From contig CDMY01000508.1 in the NCBI GenBank assembly GCA_001179505.1, forward strand, positions 1 through 64,000: 64,000 bases of DNA, in the 5' to 3' direction. The notes under the pieces are model-generated. The model searched no databases, was not told the origin of the DNA, and was given only the letters and a program-made list of their open reading frames with translations. A program made the position numbers and the translations under genes. This DNA is from Vitrella brassicaformis CCMP3155 (taxonomy: Eukaryota > Protista > Chromerida). Below, in pieces: positions 59,838 to 64,000 of the stretch (its first letter is position 1; every line of letters begins with the position of its first letter).

Positions 59838-62335
59838 CCAAGTCGACACGTGCACGTGCAGGGGTGTGCACACAGATATTCATCATATACACGCACTCCA
59901 AGTCCACACGTGTATGCGCAGGGGTGCGCACAGAGACATTCATCATATACACGCACTCCAAGTCGACACGTGTATGCGCAGGGGTGCGCACATACACGTT
60001 CATTATGGACACACACTTCATGTCCAAACGCGCATGCGCAGGGGTGCGCACACAGACATTCCTCATGTAGACACACTCAAAGTCACAACGCGCATGTGCA
60101 GGTGTGCGCACTCCAAGTCGACACGTGCATGAGCAGGAGTGCGCATACAGATCTTTCTCATATACACACACTCCAAGTCGACACGTTTATGCGCAGGGGT
60201 GCACACACAGACATTCATTATGGACACACAATTCAAGTCCAAACGCGCATGCGCAGGTGTGCGCACTTTAAGTCGACACGTGCATGAGCAGGAGTGCGCA
60301 TACAGATCTTCCTCATATACACACACTCCAAGTCGACACGTGCATGCGCAGGGGTGCGCACACAGACATTGGTCATACATACACACTCCAACACCTGCAT
60401 GCGCAGGTGTGCGCACACAGACTTCATCAACATACCCACACTCCAAGTCGCGCAGGTGTTCGCACAGAGAAAAACATCATATACACACACTCCAAGTCGA
60501 CACGTGTATGCACCGGTGTGCGCACAGAGTCAGTCATTACATACACCCACTCCAAGTCCAAAAGTGCATGCGCAGGTGTGCGGACAGAGACACTCATCAT
60601 TTACAGCAGATGCACAGGTGTTCGCATGGACATGTGCGTGCGCAGGGGTGCGCACACAGACAGTCATCATATACAAACACTCCAAGTCCACACGTGCGTG
60701 CGCAGATGTGCGCACACAGACGGTCATCATATACAAACACTCCTCCAAGAAGACACGTGGGTGCGCAGGGGTGCGCACAGAGACATTCATGAGATAGACA
60801 CACTCCAAGTCGACACGTGCGTGCGCAGGTGTGCGCACAGAGACATTCATAAGACGCGCAGGTGTGCGCACAGAGACATTCAAGAGATACACACACTCCA
60901 AGTCCACACGTGCGTGCGCAGGGGTGCGCACAGAGACATTCATGAGATACACACACGTGCGTGCGCAGGTGTGCGCACAGAGACATTCATGAGACGCGCA
61001 GGTGTGCGCACAGACACATTCAAGAGATACACACACTCCAAGTCCACACGTGCGTGCGCAGGGGTGCGCACAGAGACATTCATGAGATACACACACGTGC
61101 GTGCGCAGGGGTGCGCACAGAGACATTCATGAGACGCGCAGGTGTGCGCACAGAGACATTCATGAGATACACACACTCCAAGTCCACACGTGCGTGCGCA
61201 GGGGTGCGCATAGAGACATTCATGAGATGCACACACGTGCGTGCGCAGGGGAGCGCAAAGAGACATTCATAAGCGCAGGGGAGCGCAAAGAGACATTCAT
61301 AAGATACACACACGTGCGTGCGCAGGGGTGCGCACAGAGACATTCAGTATGCACGTGTGGACTTGGAGTGTGTGTATATGATGAATGTCTCTGTGCGCAC
61401 ACCTGCGCATGCTCGTGTGGACTTGGTGTGTGTGTATGTGACGAATGTCTCTGTGCGCACACCTGCGCATGCACGTGTGGACTTGGTGTGTTTGTATCTC
61501 ATGAATGTCTCTAGGTGTGCGCATGCACGTGTGGACTTGGTGTGTTTGTATCTCATGAATGTCTCTGGGGGGCACATGCGCACGCACGTGTCGACTTGGA
61601 GTGTGTGTATCTTATGAATATCTCTGTGCGCACACCTGTGCATGCACATGTCGACTCGGAGTGTGTGTATATGACGAATGTCTCTGTGCGCACACCTGCG
61701 CATGCACGTGTGGACTTGGAGTGTGTGTATCTCATGAATGTCTCTGTGCGCACACCTGCGCATGCACGTGTGTACTTGGAGTGTGTGTATATGACGAATG
61801 TCTCTGTGCGCACACCTGCGCATGCACGTGTNNNNNNNNNNNNNNNNNNNNNNNNNNNNNNNNNNNNNNNNNNNNNNNNNNNNNNNNNNNNNNNNNNNNN
61901 NNNNNNNNNNNNNNNNNNNNNNNNNNNNNNNNNNNNNNNNNNNNNNNNNNNNNNNNNNNNNNNNNNNNNNNNNNNNNNNNNNNNNNNNNNNNNNNNGAGT
62001 GTGTATATGACGAATGTCTCTGTGCGCACACCTGCGCATGCACGTGTGGACTTGGAGTGTGTGTATATGACGAATGTCTCTGTGCGCACACCTGCGCATG
62101 CACGTGTGGACTTGGTGTGTGTATCTCATGAATGTCTCTGTGCGCACACCTGCGCATGCAGGTGTCGACTTGGAGTGTGTGTATATGATGAATGTCTCTG
62201 TGCGCACACCTGCGCATGCACGTGTGGCCTTGGTGTGTGTGTATATGACGAATGTCTCTGTGCGCACACCTGCGCATGCAAGTGTGGACTTGGTGTGTTT
62301 GTATCTCATGAATGTCTCTGTGCGCACACCTGCGC
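59838..62335. repeat. 60-bp satellite array with orientation switch at 61346-61349 and internal gap
   Basis: Forward units to 61346, reverse units from 61349. The period is exactly 60 at 62041-62100. Confidence 0.96.
61832..61996. other. Assembly gap (165 N) within satellite
   Basis: Run of N. Confidence 1.
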
Positions 62336-63352
62336 ATAGTGCGACTGACGAACTGTCTGTATGTGCCTGACCTGAAGTACAATCTGCTGTCAGTCAGCGC
62401 ACTTGAGGACCAAGGATACAATACACGCATGGATAGCCGCACTGTGTACAAAGAACCATACACACATTCATTTGTGCGGAAGGGGAGGCTCTACGTGTTT
62501 GGTGTGTCACCTGCTGCTCACGCGGACAGGGCAACCAACAACGAATGCACCACACGAGAGGCGCCTGCAGCTGCTCACGCGGCCAGGCAAGACGCTACCT
62601 ATCCTGTGTGTAAGGAGAAGGAAGACAATGGGAAGTCAATGACAGGCATCATGAATGCAGTCAGCAAGTGCCGTTCCTATCTCTCGAAGTGGTGTGCTGA
62701 CCGGTCAGGTTCCTCCTTTCTCGGCTTCACATTCTCGGGAGGTTTCGGTGCTGGTCGTACCGATGCCCCAGGTCGGGGTCAGGACAGCCCAGGGCGGGCT
62801 GAGGTGACTTGTTGCCACTGCAATTCTCCACATGTGGAACCGCCTGCAGAGCGACGTTTCCTGCACACAAAGAAAGGAACGATTGACCTCTGGCAACCAC
62901 ACACACTGCATGACTGTCATGTGTGCGGCAAGAGTTTCAGTACTGGTGTACCGACTCTTGGACGCCTTCCTGACTTCCACCAGTCTGCAGCGGATCTGCT
63001 GAGTCAAGGGCAACCTGCTGGTGCTGTCGAGGCTTCAGATCAGCCCGACGCTGCTGGTCCCTCTTGCTCGACGGACGAATCGGATCGACACACGCCAGAC
63101 GATCCACAAACACACACTGGCCATCCTGCAGGACAACCAAATCAACACATGGGCCATGATCCGTTTGCATCTCCTGTGCAGCCTGCTGTGCAGATACCTG
63201 TTCCACCCGAGGACGGAGATCCAACTTTCTGGCTACAACACAAGCGACTAGCACACCTCAATCGCCGCGACATGGATCTGCTGAGAAAAGACCTCGGTGA
63301 AGGGCTGCCTGTGTTCGACATCCCTCCATCCGACTGCCAACCCTACGGGTGA
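62335..63352 (+). mobile_element. Second copia pol fragment (protease C-half to GAG-pre-integrase)
   Basis: 62335-62688 is closely homologous to 25187-25543. It continues to WLQHKRLAHLNRRDMDLL...GLP...CQPY (pre-integrase). Confidence 0.88.
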
Positions 63353-63439
63353 GTGAGTGCAAATATAATACACTCTTCTTCATTCATCATGGATGTATTA
63401 TTATATCGTCGTGTGAAGGTGGACGTCTCAGTAAACATC

Positions 63440-64000
63440 TCGGCTCTTTGTCGATGCATCCCTGGTTATGCTGGTGAAGGGCAAAACTGCACCAAGTGCG
63501 AGGCAGGATCATTTTCCAATGACATTGTCGGCACCTCTCAATGTCATCGCTGCGGCGTTGGATCCAGTGAGAGGAAACAGCCAATAAGAGAGCCTAAAAA
63601 GAGCTGTCGCATCATCTGCACACCATCTGTTCTCTCTCTCTCTGTCTTGCCTTTAGACTCTCCGGCCGGTGCTAGAGGGTGTGGGTGCATTGAAGGCTAC
63701 TTCAACGACACCGACGGCATATGTCAGCGGAACTGTGTCAAGGGCTCTTTCTTGAACGAGTCTGGAATATGTCAGCCGTGCCCTGCAGGTTAGCAGATTG
63801 TGCATCGGCTCTGACGAATGCAATAAAAGAAAGGCACCCAAGAAGAGACATAGAGCATGGAGAGTTGCATTATTTGCAGGCCAGTATGGCGACATACAGC
63901 CGAAAGACTTGGGAAAGGCAATTTGCAAAGAGTGTGGAGCGGATCTCAATTCGACTGAAGGCAGCTCAGGAGAGGACGCTTGCTACTGCACGAAGGGTTT
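63440..64000 (+). CDS. Cys-rich (GCC2/GCC3-like) exons of the LRR receptor family; runs off the window
   Basis: CRCIPGYAGEGQNCTKCEAGSFS, CIEGYFNDTDGIC and CKECGADLNSTEGSSGEDACYC. Exon and intron sequence is paralogous to 27120-27450 (minus). Confidence 0.72.

Noticed and set aside
56981-62335. CRISPR-like repeat array
   Set aside because: Head-to-tail monomers with no unique spacers, no cas genes, eukaryotic context.
56951-62463. Dozens of long Cys/His-rich ORFs with 20-aa repeats
   Set aside because: These are translations of the 60-bp satellite, which is open in five of six frames. No evidence of coding.
1-64000. rRNA, tRNA or other structured ncRNA genes
   Set aside because: None recognisable by eye; tRNAscan-SE/Infernal would be needed to exclude them.

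Overview
Eukaryotic, intron-rich genomic DNA with short GT-AG introns, often GTGAGT/GTGCGT donors, full of (CA)n/(GACT)n/(CATC)n microsatellites, and three N gaps. By inference it is a chromerid alveolate, most likely Vitrella brassicaformis: the ORF at 42284-42928 resembles a domain I recall as highly amplified in that species. Left third: three F-box-like lineage-specific genes, a decayed EGF-domain gene, a TPM-TM-RING-H2 gene, an SRA/YDG+SET gene whose SET catalytic motifs are degenerate, and an aldo-keto reductase. At 22.1-25.5 kb is an unusual Ty1/copia element. Its apparent 5' LTR is a 542-bp near-perfect palindrome (TG...CA) ending directly at a half-tRNA-iMet-type PBS and starting 9 bp upstream of the AKR start codon. 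It has hydrophobic leader ORFs, a gag without an AUG, and a candidate intron that would splice gag in-frame to pol. The rest is a rearranged zone: truncated LRR/Cys-rich receptor paralogs, an ankyrin gene, tyrosine-recombinase and CCHC-gag relics, CRE-like non-LTR 3' ends, a TDP1 pseudogene fused to a lineage-specific domain, a multi-cNMP gene, a frameshifted P450, a GT90 glycosyltransferase, and large arrays of a 60-bp satellite with an orientation switch. All gene models were spliced by eye, so boundaries are approximate. No database searches were run.
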